DNA from: Camelus dromedarius | Taxonomy: Eukaryota | DNA: 64,000 nucleotides | Assembly (NCBI RefSeq): GCF_036321535.1 | Contig: NC_087436.1 | Location: 38,380,001 to 38,444,000 of the forward strand | Reading direction: 5' to 3' | Part shown: one piece after another, positions 11,419 to 23,866 of the stretch | How the letters are laid out: the number at the start of each line of letters is the position of its first letter | Position numbering within the stretch: the stretch's first letter is position 1 | Notes under the pieces: generated by a model | What the model saw: only the letters and a program-made list of their open reading frames with translations | Told to the model about the DNA's origin: nothing | The model's database searches: none | Made by a program: the position numbers and the translations under genes

Positions 11419-11890
11419 TATATCTGTTATCTCTTACCACGGTAATCCAGTGTAACAAAACCTCGGTGACATACAACAGTAAACATTTATTTTCGCTCAA
11501 GTGTTCAAGGGTTGGCTCGATAGGTCCACCATCTGAGCTGCACTGGTGAAAGGGAAGAGGTCCTGATTCAGGCATCTGCTGATCTTGGCTGGGCAGTCAT
11601 ACATCTGGGGCCCTAGCTGGGACGACAAGGCTGACTTGCTCTTTCTACCGTCTCATCCTCTAGCAGGCTGGTGCAGGCATAGCCTCAAGGTGAAGGCAAA
11701 ACGTAAGCATGTGAGCAGAAATGTACCTGTGTTTTGAAACTCTGTCTGCATGATACTGGTCTCACTGGCCAAAGAAAATCACATGATGAAGCCCACACTC
11801 AGAGTGGGAGGGGACCACAAAGTTACAGAACAATGGATAGGAACACAGGGAGGCCATTAATTGGGGCATGAACGCAATCCATCTACTACA
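11419..11890 (-). mobile_element. MLT1G/H-like MaLR solo LTR
   Basis: gttatctcttaccac...aaacatttattt...tctcatcctctagcaggctgg...actggccaaagaaaatcacatg...cagagtgggaggggaccacaaagttac...atctactaca. Confidence 0.8.
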
Positions 11891-11959
11891 GGACTTCAAT
11901 ACGATTTCAAAGTTTTGTGGGAGGAGTAAGAAAACTGTGGTCCTAAAAATGGTCTTAGT

Positions 11960-12125
11960 CTTCCTTCAAAACTCAGTTCAAGCATCATTTCTGTAAAATC
12001 TTGCCCATAACTCCTCTGGATTATCACTGCTTCTTTTATATATTTGCATTATTACATGATCATGCACTTTAATTGTCTGTTTTTGTGTCTGCCTCCTTAC
12101 ACTTAGCTGTGTCTCCTTGAGGTCA
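11960..12125 (+). mobile_element. L2 fragment
   Basis: ccttcaaaactcagttcaagcatcatttctgtaaaatcttg...aattgtctgtttttgtgtctgcctcc...ctccttgaggtca. Confidence 0.65.
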
Positions 12126-12139
12126 CACACCACACTGCT

Positions 12140-12315
12140 CTGCAGTGTCAAGATCTAGGTTCAAATGCCAGCTCCACAAATCACTAGCGAGTTCCTCTCT
12201 ATGTATGTCCATCTGTAGAAGGGGAAGACAAGCAAGGCCAGCCACACTTGGTTGGTGTGAGAATGATACAAAGTAATATGTGAAAAGGAGGAATTGTAAA
12301 GAATATGTAACATGC
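12140..12315 (+). mobile_element. MIR SINE
   Basis: gatctaggttcaaatgccagctccac...catctgtagaagggg...ggttggtgtgagaat. Confidence 0.6.
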
Positions 12316-14204
12316 TACCTTTTTAAACAAGAAGTTGTTTTATTTCTTTTTAATAGTGTTCTTTAATATTTATCTTAACAATGTCTAAGAAAGAAGCTAA
12401 AACAGAAAAAGTGCAAGAGTAAATTCAAGGATAACTGCAACTATGAAAAAAGATCATTTTAAGTGAGTCCATCTGAAATAAGGACGAAGAATTTTACATG
12501 ACATTATGGAAAGAGGTCAATTATCTTTTAGTCTTGAAAACTAAAACTATGAATTATGGAAATCAGTTGATTTAATTTGCATCTTTATAATTCATGCTAT
12601 AATTGCCATTTTGCACTAACTTTCAGAGCAAATCAACAATGAATCAAATGTTCACTGATCTGTGCAAGAAATAATTTTTCTAAGAAAACCGTGCTATGGC
12701 ACATTCTACTCTTCAAATTTGAATTTCATATCACAAAATCAAAGAGGCTCCTTTTTGTTTTCCAGATTCACCCCTTAAGCTGTTCGTTCTCAAATCATTC
12801 CGTATTGAAAGCCCATCACGTACAAACCATGTTGCTTCTCTCCTCTGACATAAGCCTCCCATTTTGATGGCTGTGTATGAGAGACAAGCAGTGTCCCCAG
12901 GTCACTCGGTAAAGCTTGACTCTTGCACTCGCGCTCTTCAATCACACTGAGCTGTGTTGTTGGATAACATGAGCATCTGATAATCTTCAAGGCCCTGACT
13001 GATCATATGACAAGATGCTGACTGACATCAGTACTGGTGTTACAAAAGGGGGGATACTTGAGTGTGCATTAATTTTCTTGGTGCTTAATTACTAATTAAT
13101 ATTTTTGTATTTTGACAGTTTGTTCTCCTCAACACAACATGACTGTCTATTTGCAGATAACAAAAAAATGGGTGGATGATATTTTTTGAGCATTTTATAT
13201 GAATTACATCTATATAAAGTTCCAGGGAATGCATTGGTTGTACCCAAAATATAACAGACATCACATTCAAATGGAATTTTCTGAGAAGGATTACTTTTTG
13301 AATCATCTGAGAATGACAATTGTGCCTCACTCCAACATCCGTAAGCACAACTGTCTAAAGCCTGTTATCTCCACCACACCTGACTTCCCAGACTCGCCCA
13401 TCAGACTAGTTTCTACAAAAAGTCTCCACTTTTTCCAATTAAGCCAAGTTTAGAGTCCACAAGGATAAAAGGATTTAAACTTAAAGAACATGACGTTTCT
13501 TCCATCAGACTCTAAGAATAAAGCTTTCTCAAACTATTTTCAGTTATGATTTCACTTTCTGAAGGTTTGAAAGTGATCTCACTAACAGATGTGTACTCAC
13601 TGAGACTGCCTCTTGGAGCTAGATAAAAGTTATACCATGCAATTTTTATTAAGTATATAAAATTATGTATATTAGCTTCCTACCCTAAATTGCAGTTTAA
13701 AAATGAAAGGTTGCCTTCTTAATGATAGGAATTACAAGCCTTTAAATATCTTAAATGACTACATAGTGTTTACACATATCTTGACTTAATTTATTATAGC
13801 CAAAACAAATATAGACCATAAGTTGAAAAAATAACCTTTCCCCCTTCCTTATATAACTTATCTGGTTGTATAGCATACAGAGAAAGACAACATTAAAAGA
13901 ATCATCATTCATGATTTATTCAAACACTATGAACCATAATCCTAACAGCTAGAAATGCAAATCCCTGTGATTATTAAGTACAGGGAAAACATTTTCTGAT
14001 CAGTCTATTTGATATGAATTCTGATAATATAGTTTCATTTATCTTTCTAGACAAATTTCAACATAAATTTTCTGAAAGTCTTAAAAAAGTCAGTATACAT
14101 GCCATACTGTTGACTTGACACACAACATTTTTACATTGGCAATAATATTCGATGAGCTTTCTTGTAATTATGAAGATATTAGTCTCTTAATTCAACTTAA
14201 TTTA

Positions 14205-14315
14205 ATTACAATCCAACAAGAATTTATTAAGTACCTGTCCCAAGGTAGTAATTGTGAAGATGTAAAAGACTGTTTAAGAGGTATTTGTTCCCTCAAATTA
14301 TAATCTGTGGAGAAA
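14205..14315 (-). mobile_element. L2 3' end
   Basis: caacaagaatttattaagtacct...tgttccctcaaattataatct. Confidence 0.55.
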
Positions 14316-14766
14316 ATGTTTACAGATCTGAAATTATCACAGACTTAACAGATGAATTACAGTTGGCTCAAAATTGAGTGACTCCCCAAAGACAGCTACC
14401 TAGAGATCCCGAACTCTATGGTATCCCCTTCCCTTTAATATTTACATATAATAAGGTTGCTTTTTCTCATGTATTATGAAAAACCCAGTAACCATCCAAT
14501 AGCTGAGAATTATTGGTGAGGCATTTCTCCTAGTGTCCTTTTGTTTCAGTTTCCCGATTCTATTCTTTAGCAGTTTGCACTTGGCATCTCACTTCCGTAG
14601 CTGCTGCCCTAGGTCTGCACAGTTCCAGTCCCCACTGGCCATTGCTCTGAGTCCTTCACTCCTCCAGAACACCACTGACACAGAACAGAGTGTTACTGAA
14701 GATTTAGCATAGTGGAAGGTGGGGCTTTCAGCACAGGACAGACATTAATTTAAAACTACATATTTA

Positions 14767-15070
14767 AGAAGCAGACTCAAAGACATAGAAAACAAACTTA
14801 TGGTTACTGGTGGGGAAAGGGGGTAGAAAGGGATAAATTGGAAGTTCAAGATTTGCAGATACTAACTACTGTATTTAAAAATAGATAAACAACAAGTTTC
14901 TTCTGTATAGCACAGGGAACTATATTCAGTATCTTGTAGTAACTTAATGGTGAAAAAGGATATGAAGACGAATGTATGTATGTTCACGTATGACTGAAGC
15001 ATTATGCTGTACACCAGAAACTGACACAACATTGTAAACTGACCATATTTCAATTAAAAAATTTAAAAAT
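14767..15070 (+). mobile_element. 5'-truncated lineage-specific (cetartiodactyl-type) L1 3' UTR with TSD
   Basis: cagactcaaagacatagaaaacaaacttatggttac...ctgtatagcacagggaactatattcagtatcttgtagtaac...tgctgtacaccagaaactgacacaacattgtaaactgac, then an A-rich tail. TSD aaaactacatattta (14752-14766) / aaaactaggtattta (15071-15085) at a TT/AAAA site. Confidence 0.93.
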
Positions 15071-15474
15071 AAAACTAGGTATTTATATTCTTAAGCCAGT
15101 CCCAGGCATGGGTAAACTTCTCATTGTCCATGCTTCCCTAGAGATATTAACGTAGCTACATTGTCTCAGACTCCCGGGTCATCTCTTCTTCTCCAGTATT
15201 TCTAAGCTTCCTACTCTCTCATACACACCCTTAATTTGAAGAACAATTTGGCACTCCTTCAGTAATCCATCCTGCAGGGAAGCCACACTATTCCCAAAGA
15301 GTCCATCAAGTTTTTTCCCCTAAAAAAAGGAATTATTTCCCCTATATGAAAATGCCACTTGCCTCGTATATGAGAAATGGTTACAGTCAGTTCTTGCTTT
15401 GAATATAGTTTTATCTTCATATGAGCAAGTGAGAGTCAGTAGAAGAGAAATCTCTGCAGGCTGACTTGTCCATC

Positions 15475-15960
15475 AGGCTTCACGGAGAATATGGGACTTG
15501 GGCCAGATTGAAAGGTCATTAGTATCTGAATACATTGAAAAGAGGAAGGCATTCCTATACAGCAGAACACACAGATAAGGGGTGATACATGGAACTGTGC
15601 CTGATTCATTTGGGAAAATGAGAGGCGAGTTAACTAACTACAACTGAGACATGGTGAACAGCAGAAAATGAACTCAGAGACATGGTTTGGTAACCAATTA
15701 TAGCATAGCTACAGAACATGAAAAGGATTTAAACTTGGAATAACAGAAAATAAGAAATAGAGGCTTTGTGGGGTTCCTTAGCAGAAGTGTGACATGGTTA
15801 AGAAATATTTGGAGAAGATCAGCCTGGCGATGTAACAGAGATGTGTTGATGGGGTGAGAGCCTAGAGGCAGGGAAGTGAGTTTGTAGGACAGGGCAGTAA
15901 TTGTGAGGGAGACTGAGGAAGTGAGCCAGCCTGGTGATGAAGTTCCGGAAGAGAGTGGTG
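15475..15960 (-). mobile_element. L2 fragment
   Basis: tcaggcttcacggagaa...ggaaggcattcc...aaggatttaaactt...agcagaagtgtgacatggt...agaagatcagcctggc...ctagaggcagggaag. Confidence 0.7.
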
Positions 15961-16239
15961 AGGATTAAGAATAAGGCAAAAGCTCCACTCTGCTTAGGCT
16001 TAAGGCTGCTGACCAGACACACAGCCCTAACACATTTAGCGATGAGCTGGGACAGGGAGGTGAATAGGAGAGAAGGAGATATTTACCCTCCAACTGCAGG
16101 GGCTGTACCAAAACTATGATTTAATGTACTCAGGTTGCCTCTCAAGACATTTCTTATGTACAACTCGAAACTTATGCAACACTGTTTCTTAATATAATTT
16201 TGGATAATTTAGAACTACGTATATAGTTTAGTCTTTTAT

Positions 16240-16430
16240 AAACCATTTATTTTTATTACAAAGGTAATGAATGTTGATTGAAGAAAATGTATAGAAGAAA
16301 TATAAAATTAAAACATCAATGATCCACCATCTGGAGATATACGCCAGCAACATTCCACTATTAAATATACTGTATTTTTAACAGATTAATGCATAACACA
16401 TTAAAGTCAGTTTTGTCTCCTGCATAGTTC
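16240..16430 (-). mobile_element. Old L1 (L1ME/MC-like) 3' end
   Basis: ttttattacaaaggtaatgaatgttgattgaagaaaat...aattaaaacatcaatgatccaccatctggagata. Confidence 0.5.
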
Positions 16431-18119
16431 ATATTACTTTTCAAACAATGGTTTCTAGAAAAGCTTTTTCTAAAAAGACCAGTTCATTAAGCTTCTGTCC
16501 TTTGTTTTCCCCATTTAAAGCAATAATGAAAAGAACACTTGGCATTAGTATTGCCAGGGTTGAATGGTTAAAGAAAGGAAGCTGGTAAGACAAAGCAAGT
16601 TTCTGAGAAAGAGCTCCATTAACAGAAACCTGTTTCAGGTTTTGTGATTCCATTCTTTTTAGCCCATGACATTAACCTTCTCAGAGACTTTATGTTTTCA
16701 AATCATTCATATTTAATAGAGATAAGCATTGGGAAAGTACCTGAAGCCAAGAAAGCTATCTTGTACCCTGAATTTACACTGAGCTCAAGATACACAAATA
16801 TTTGTTTTCCAGACACTAGATTTTGAAGAGAGGTTTTCTTTCTGCCACTTATGGTAGCCAGGAATGAAAAAACATAACAAAATACATTATTTGAAACCAA
16901 AGACAACAGAATGTTCTGAGACATCATGTATTTTGCTTAGTAACTCTAGCTATAGAAAACTCGGCAAATCCTACAGGAAGCTATTCTTTAAAATGGAGAT
17001 CTATTTTCTGTCTACAGATGATGATGATATTTCTAAAGAAGAATGACTTACCATTATCTTCTAGGGGGTCTAAACATAGCAAAAAGTCAATTTTAAACTC
17101 TGCTATAAGTTGTAATGTTTTTAACAGTATAACCATTGCTTTTCTAGTCTTAGGTCTGACAATAAAATATATTTCTTACTTTCAGAAGCTTTATAGTCCT
17201 TCACTACTTCCTGGAAAAGAAGATGTCTAGGAAGAAAGAATGAGCTAACGTGCTAAAGCAACTTGGGGATGTGAGATGAGACCTGGTGCATATTTGTCAA
17301 TGACTAGTGTGCTGGCCTTCGGAAGGTCATTTAATCTCTCTGTTTTTGGATTTTATGCTAAATGCTTTCAACCATTCTTCTCATTTAGCTAAGCCATTAC
17401 TTATACAGAATACTAGGGAAAAAATTAAAGCAACAATGATTTTTTAAGCACAGAGTGTGTAAAAGACCGTCTCCATGTTAAGCAGAGTTAACTGTCCCTC
17501 GCACAGGAAAGTCAATCTGTCCACGTGTCCCACAGGATGGCTTCATTTTGCTCATTTGAAAATGGATGCCTAGTGATCTAAGAGCAAATCAAAATAGCCA
17601 CACACTTTTGACTTTTCAGTATGCTGACTTTTCAAAATGCTTAGGAGCAACTACGGGAAAAAAAGAAAAACCTGTGGATAAATTGCCTCAGAGACAAACC
17701 ATTTCTTAGAAAAGAAGAGGAATAGGTCAAAGCAATACATGTGGAGTTCTGCATGAATATCCATGATGCTTCCAAATTAGAGGGAACACTCAAGCCTTAT
17801 CCTCAGCCTCCTGTTTACCTTACCTTGCCTTGAAGAGGCTATGACTCCGGTGCTTTGTGCCATGCGGTGCTTTTATTTCCATGAGCTGAAGAGGGCACCG
17901 GTCTCAGAACATATTCCACCTAGACAAGGAAGGCAGAGGATAGCCAACAGTAAATTTGTCATCTGTTCTGTGACTTCCAGTATTTCCACTTTCTATTCTC
18001 GAGCAATACTATTCAGAGTTGTGCCCTATCCACTTCCAGTTTGAGAAAAGGGCCACTTGCTTTTTATGCACTCTGAAAGGAAACCAAAGTTGGGTCACCA
18101 GAGCGCAACGGGTCTACTC

Positions 18120-18270
18120 TTGCTCATTTTCTGACAAGCAGGAAACATTTATTGAGCACCCACTAGATGCCGAATGTTGTGCTTGGCCCTGCTGGGAAAA
18201 CATAAAGATAGGCTAGCTCTCTCCTCAAGAGCTTTCACTTAATGAAGAGAAAAGATGAAAATACATCACA
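18120..18270 (-). mobile_element. L2 3' end
   Basis: aaacatttattgagcacccactagatgcc...tgtgcttggccctg...cctcaagagctttcac. Confidence 0.7.
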
Positions 18271-18277
18271 CAGAGCC

Positions 18278-18420
18278 TGCTCAGCAAACAAAGTCAGGCC
18301 CAGTGGACCAGCAGCCACCGGCTCACCTGAGGCTGCTTAGAAATAGGGACTCTCGGGCCCCACCCTCCAGCCCGGCTGAATTGGAAGCTGTAGCTTATCA
18401 AGATTCTCAGGAAACTGTGA
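18278..18420. mobile_element. MER5 (MER5B-like) hAT MITE
   Basis: caaagtcaggcccagtggaccagcagc...tcacctgaggctgcttagaaatagggactctcgggccccaccc...ctgaattggaagctg...caagattctcagg. Confidence 0.75.
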
Positions 18421-19969
18421 GAGGTGGTGACAAACAAAAATATTTCTCCGCCGCCTACATTACAGATGCCACTGGCCCAGCCATGTAAAGAGACTACCAA
18501 TGTGCATGTTCATGGGAGACAAGGGATCATTTAAATGAGATACGCCTAGAAAGCTGGAGGTACATAGACTGCTCAGCAAGGAGGCTGTTGTTTACTTTCA
18601 GTACTACTGGAGTACCAAAAAAAAAGAAGAAGACTCATTATTTTGTTTAGCTGGGTATTTGTAAACCTCAAAAAAGGTAAAATGACTTCATTAAAGGGAA
18701 AAATATCTATTGTCTGAAATTTCACTACATTAATTTACAAGACTAAAGAAGATACCTTTATTGAATAAGGTATTCAATAATAAGAGGTTATTCAACTCTA
18801 TTTATAAAAGACTTTGTGATTCAGTGATTAAGATTCTTGTCTCATTTTTTTTTCTGGAATTAGCATATCTCTAGGATATAACAACAAAAAGAGACATCAG
18901 CTAAGGAAGAACTTTACTCAAAGGACATTTTAGTTTATATGTAAGGGGAAAGAAGCATCAGGTTGAGTTGGGGAAGGCTACAGTGTGTACTTTAAGCACG
19001 TCCTAAGTAACAAAATGATCAGAGGATTTCCATATTTATTTGAAATCAACAATAGATAATGTTTTACTCAGTAAGGATAAACTTAAAATCAATTTTAAAG
19101 TGATGACTGACATTGGTATAAAATGTGCATTTGCTCTATTTCACTGGACCATGAAGGAAACACCTAAGAATTTTTAGTGATGACTCAATTGCTCTTCACA
19201 GTACTGATTACACTTTGTACGATATTGTGCAATTAGGTCTATGTGTAATTATTATACATTACCATCATATTACTATTCTTATACATTTGTTCTTTATTCT
19301 TTCAGGTTGCTTAAAGAATCAACGACATTCTGTGAAGTTAAAATAGATTTCATTTACATTAATGAAGATTTTGATTAGTTAATGGAAAATAATTCCATGT
19401 AAGTTTCTGTACTGAATTACCCCTTACGGTTTCTTCACATGGCTCTCTACTCTTTGTTTGACATTAGCATCTGTGGTGTGAAATACAGCTCAAAAGAAGA
19501 GGTAAGGTGCTCTTGCTTTCTTCTTTTCTGATTCCATTTAAATGCAAGATTAATCCCATTAATCACCAAGTGTGATTTCTGAAAGTCACATTTGGTCATT
19601 GAAGAACTATTTTTTCTCCTTCTTCATAGACTTCAGTTCCCAATAGTGATTAAATCTTACCATTAGCTATAAGAAGAAAAATATAGCTGTGATCCTAAGA
19701 GAAATTTAAAATATACTCTGTTCCTAGTGTTTCTGTATTAATGGGAACATAAATTTATAAAAACATGCAAAGATATTTTCTTCCACCGAAGTATTTGTCT
19801 TGTTTAGCCTGATGCTGTGGAATACAGGTTTAGAGAGACTGAAATAAGTATGTAAACGGCCAATGCATTTTCAGGCTGGGGAGTTTTTGTGTTGTTGTTC
19901 TATTTGTTTTCGTATTTAAAGAAGTTATTGCTAACTCCAAAGTATTAGGTGGTGCTAAAATGCAAATAC

Positions 19970-20065
19970 TTTGAAAAATAAATATGTTTTACGTATTTAT
20001 AAATATAAAATATATATAATAAATTTATATGTTTACATAAAATATATTAATTTATATAAAATTTC
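19970..20065. repeat. AT-rich low-complexity tract
   Basis: Nearly pure A/T (tatttataaatataaaatatatataataaatttatat...). Confidence 0.8.
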
Positions 20066-21054
20066 AAACATTAAGGCTTTTAGTTCCAGATTATAAAGTT
20101 CTGGTTTGTCATATACTTTAATTAGATAAAAAGATATTTCTTCTTAAAGTCATACATTTATTGTAAAAATATAACTTGGATTTCATGGTCATTATGTATG
20201 GTTCACAATTTGAGACACAAAATTATTTTTAATAGGGTGGGTAGTTTCTGTCTTCTCAGGCTAATACCTATTTCATAATCACATCCACATAGTTATCACC
20301 ACCTTTAATTACAAACAAAACTGTTTTAACATTTTACAATATACGTGAAAGAATCAATAGCTCATCTTTTTCAGTATGAGGTAGCTGGTTTGTGGGACAG
20401 CCTTATACAGACTCACAGAGATGCTGGTGACCAAAATAAGGAAAGCTTAAATCAGCAGTCCACTGACTTTTCAAATCTCATAACAGGAATGAATAAATTA
20501 GACAATGTCAATTTTATGAAAATGAAATAAAATAAAAAATCACAAAGGAAAGACAAATACTACTGTAATGAAGCTAGGATCAAGATAAGAAGAAAATTCT
20601 TAGAATTACGGATTTCATTCTGAAGTTTCTCTGTTCACTTTCTTAATGTTTATTTAGGAATCATAGCCAGGGTTTTTCCTTACAAATTTTTTTATGAGTG
20701 AAAATTTAAATCTTCATGGAAGGTCTACATATTCTATAAAATAGTGCCCTACCATTAGAGACTTATATTTGTAATGATGGAGAAGAAAAATCGCATTCTG
20801 AAGACATAATGAACACCCACATGGAGCCACAAGACTGCCTCATCCACTTTACAAAACTCAGGCTAAATTCTCTGCAAAACTATCATTCTGTAGCCAACAG
20901 AATATTGCTAATATTCCCGTTCCTTCGGTTAAATGTTCATGTGAGAATCCACTCAAATACATGAGAAAGAAGAGCAATGTGATAATGTCTTGTCCTACCA
21001 GTGTGGTGTACAAAAGTTTCTTCTCGAGAATATAAACTAAATGGTATTTTTCTA

Positions 21055-21335
21055 TGCAATTCAGTTAATTTCATAACATATTATGTACCAAGTATCGACT
21101 ATGTGAGAAAACATAGAAAACATTGTGTTAGGTCCTGCAAGGGAGGAGGATATAACAAGTGTGACACAATTGGACAAGAAGACTGCAATCTCATAAAAAC
21201 GAAGTGACACAGTTACTTTAGTACACTCCCCCCAAAAAAGTGCCGCGAGAAAGATTTAAACAAGCTGTAGACATGAAAAAGGATATAGAGATAATTTTCT
21301 AACAGAGAAGGCTGATGGAGGAGATATTTGATCTA
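21055..21335 (-). mobile_element. L2 3' fragment
   Basis: aagtatcgactatgtg...cattgtgttaggtcctg...ctgcaatctcat...aagtgcc...gaaggctgatggaggagatatttgatct. Confidence 0.55.
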
Positions 21336-22714
21336 TCTACTAGTTATAATGTTTTCAAGCTATACATTCAGTCACACATTAAAAGAAAATAATAAAAAAA
21401 AAAAATGTGACATGGTTTTTGGTCATCAAAATTCACTGGCACTCACTGGGATGTCAAAAATTCCCCCATAGTCTTTCTCAACAGTGCCACATTCATAGTC
21501 CATATCACCCCCCATCCATAGGCATCTCATACTCGCTTCCACATGTGAAGAGGACTCTGGGACTCTCTCAGCCCTCTCTGCTTAGACCCACTAAACTGCC
21601 TCCTAAGACTCTCAGTGGGAAATGGGAAAATCTTCTTTAAACTCCTCCCTCCATTCTTTGGAGTCTGCTAAATTTTTCTGCTAAATGGTTTTTATCATCT
21701 GTCTCCTACAGAGGATACTCCTTGAAATAGAAAGGTTTGGTGGCCAAGATCCTTGGAGTGGGCACAAATGGAGAGCTTGCTGAGAAATGGCTATAATTTT
21801 GCCATGCTGAGATGACAGGGTGAAGCAGTACCTTCAAACTGCAGATAGGTAACTGTGGAGGTCAGGAAGTGTCTTGTTTCTCTGGGTGTGAGGAGAAGTA
21901 ACAGACGAACTCTGTCAACTACCCAACCCCAGTGACTTCATGGTCCAACCATGTGGTAGAACAGCCATTCATTCCCTCGTTCATTCTTCCATGAATTCAT
22001 TACATCTTATGCTTAATCCAGGTACTTGTCTCTTTGGGGTCAAGCCCTGATTCACGTCTGAATCCTCAGCACCTAGCTAAGTCCCTGACTTAATCTAGGT
22101 TTTGAAGTAATTAGTTAGTTCATTACTATAAAAGGAGCTCAGGGATGGATATTGAATGATGGTACTAAGTAGTAAATCACTGAATACTTGAAAGTAAATA
22201 TTAAAGGAAGATTATGCAGTTCTGATAATATTGCTTGTATGCTATCTATTTCATTTTGACCGTTATCATCGAAAAATTATGCTAAGAAGTTTACCCTTGA
22301 ATAAGTACAGAACACATAGTGGACACTGACATCACTGACTTTGTGCCTTAAAAAGTATAAAAGCCATATTATAATATTAATTCTATATAAATTAGTAACC
22401 AGTAGCATTTAAATACATAACAATTTTTCTGGAATCAACAGTGAATGGATTCTTAAAAGTTTCACTTATAAGAGTGTTCCTTATGCTATGCACATCTAGG
22501 TACACTCAAGAGTTAATTTTAAAAAGAGCCTAACCATTGATGAGTTCATGGGCTCACCTATTCAAAAAGTAACCATAATTCTCACTATTTATGAGATAAT
22601 TACCAGTGAAGAACTTAAAGACCACTGCTCTAGAATGTGGCCTTGACTCTTCCACTGCTCCTATAAAACAGGTTTTTTGAAAAACCGAAAGTACTTTACA
22701 CATTGCAGTTCTCT

Positions 22715-23025
22715 CTCTCTGTAAGTTTATACATGGCTCTCGCCTGCTCTCTTTTCCCTTTTACTGAAACAACTGCACCGTACCTTTCAATGCACATCTC
22801 CTTCGAGATGCCTTTGCTGATTATGCCTCTTCCAAACCTCAATAAACACTTGTTATTTTTAAGGATTACTTGCTATTCAGTGAATTCATCTGCATATGTG
22901 TGAGCCTGTGTGGTTTGTGTATTTAAGTGCACATATATTCTCTCCCCAATCAGGCTGGAAACTGCTGTAAGACAAAAAATATTGCTCTAATTTTTAAATA
23001 TCCATATCTCCTAGCATAGGTCATT
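22715..23025 (+). mobile_element. L2 fragment
   Basis: catctccttcgagatgcctttgctgatt...tctccccaatcaggctggaaactgctgtaagacaa...tatccatatctcctagcatagg. Confidence 0.55.
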
Positions 23026-23223
23026 TTTTTATTAAGACTTAATTATCATGATCATAGTTTCAAATGTATCTTAGGAAAAATATCAGAATCCAATGGACAT
23101 TTCAATAGAGAACTTAAAAAACAAAAATAAACAAAAATAATTAAGTGCATTAATCACCTTGAACTTTATCTCTTCTCAGCTTCCCTGTTCCTTCCCTTTG
23201 GCCTCCTCAATTTATTCTTCTCA

Positions 23224-23733
23224 TTATTTTTCTTCCAGTGTTATTGAGATATAATTAATATATAACACTGTGTAAGTTAAAGGTGTACTAGGTGATTATT
23301 TGATACATGTATACATTGTGTGTGTACCACAATAAAGTACATCCTTCCCCTTACATAACTGTCATTTTGTTGTTGTTGTTACAGTGAGAATATTAAAGTG
23401 CCACTCTCATAGGAGCTGTCAAGTATACAATACAGTATGGTTAGCCATAGTCACCATGCTGTATACTAGATCCCCAGAACTTTTTCATCTTATAACTGGA
23501 AATTTGTATCCTTCGACCAACATGTTTCCATCACCTCTCTGCTCCTGACAACCATCATGCTACTCTCTGTTTCTATGAGTTTGGTTGTTTTTAGATTCCA
23601 CTTATACACGAGATCAAATACTATATTTGTCTTTCTCTGACTTACTTCACTTAGCATAATGCCCTTAAGGTCCATCCATGTTGTCTTATATGGCAAGATT
23701 TCCTAAATTTTTGTGGCTGAATAATACTCCTCT

Positions 23734-23784
<51 letters not shown>

Positions 23785-23866
23785 TGCTCGCACGCGTCTT
23801 TATTCATTCATCCATCAATGGACACTTGTTTCCATGTCTTGGCTGTTGTGAATAATACTAGAATGA
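23224..23866 (-). mobile_element. L1MA-type L1: end of ORF2 plus 3' UTR
   Basis: ORF 23490-23696 gives TTWMDLKGIMLSEVSQ (L1 ORF2 C-terminal motif TTWMDLEGIMLSEISQ); 3' UTR segment catagtcaccatgctgtatactagatccccagaac. Confidence 0.92.
23739..23780 (+). repeat. (TG)21 microsatellite within the L1
   Basis: Read directly. Confidence 0.97.

Noticed and set aside
18160..18173. CTCF-like ccactagatgccga
   Set aside because: It breaks the conserved GGC of the core and lies in an L2 tail.
20340..20530. Possible CR1 3' fragment or 61-aa ORF
   Set aside because: Similarity is too weak to call by eye.
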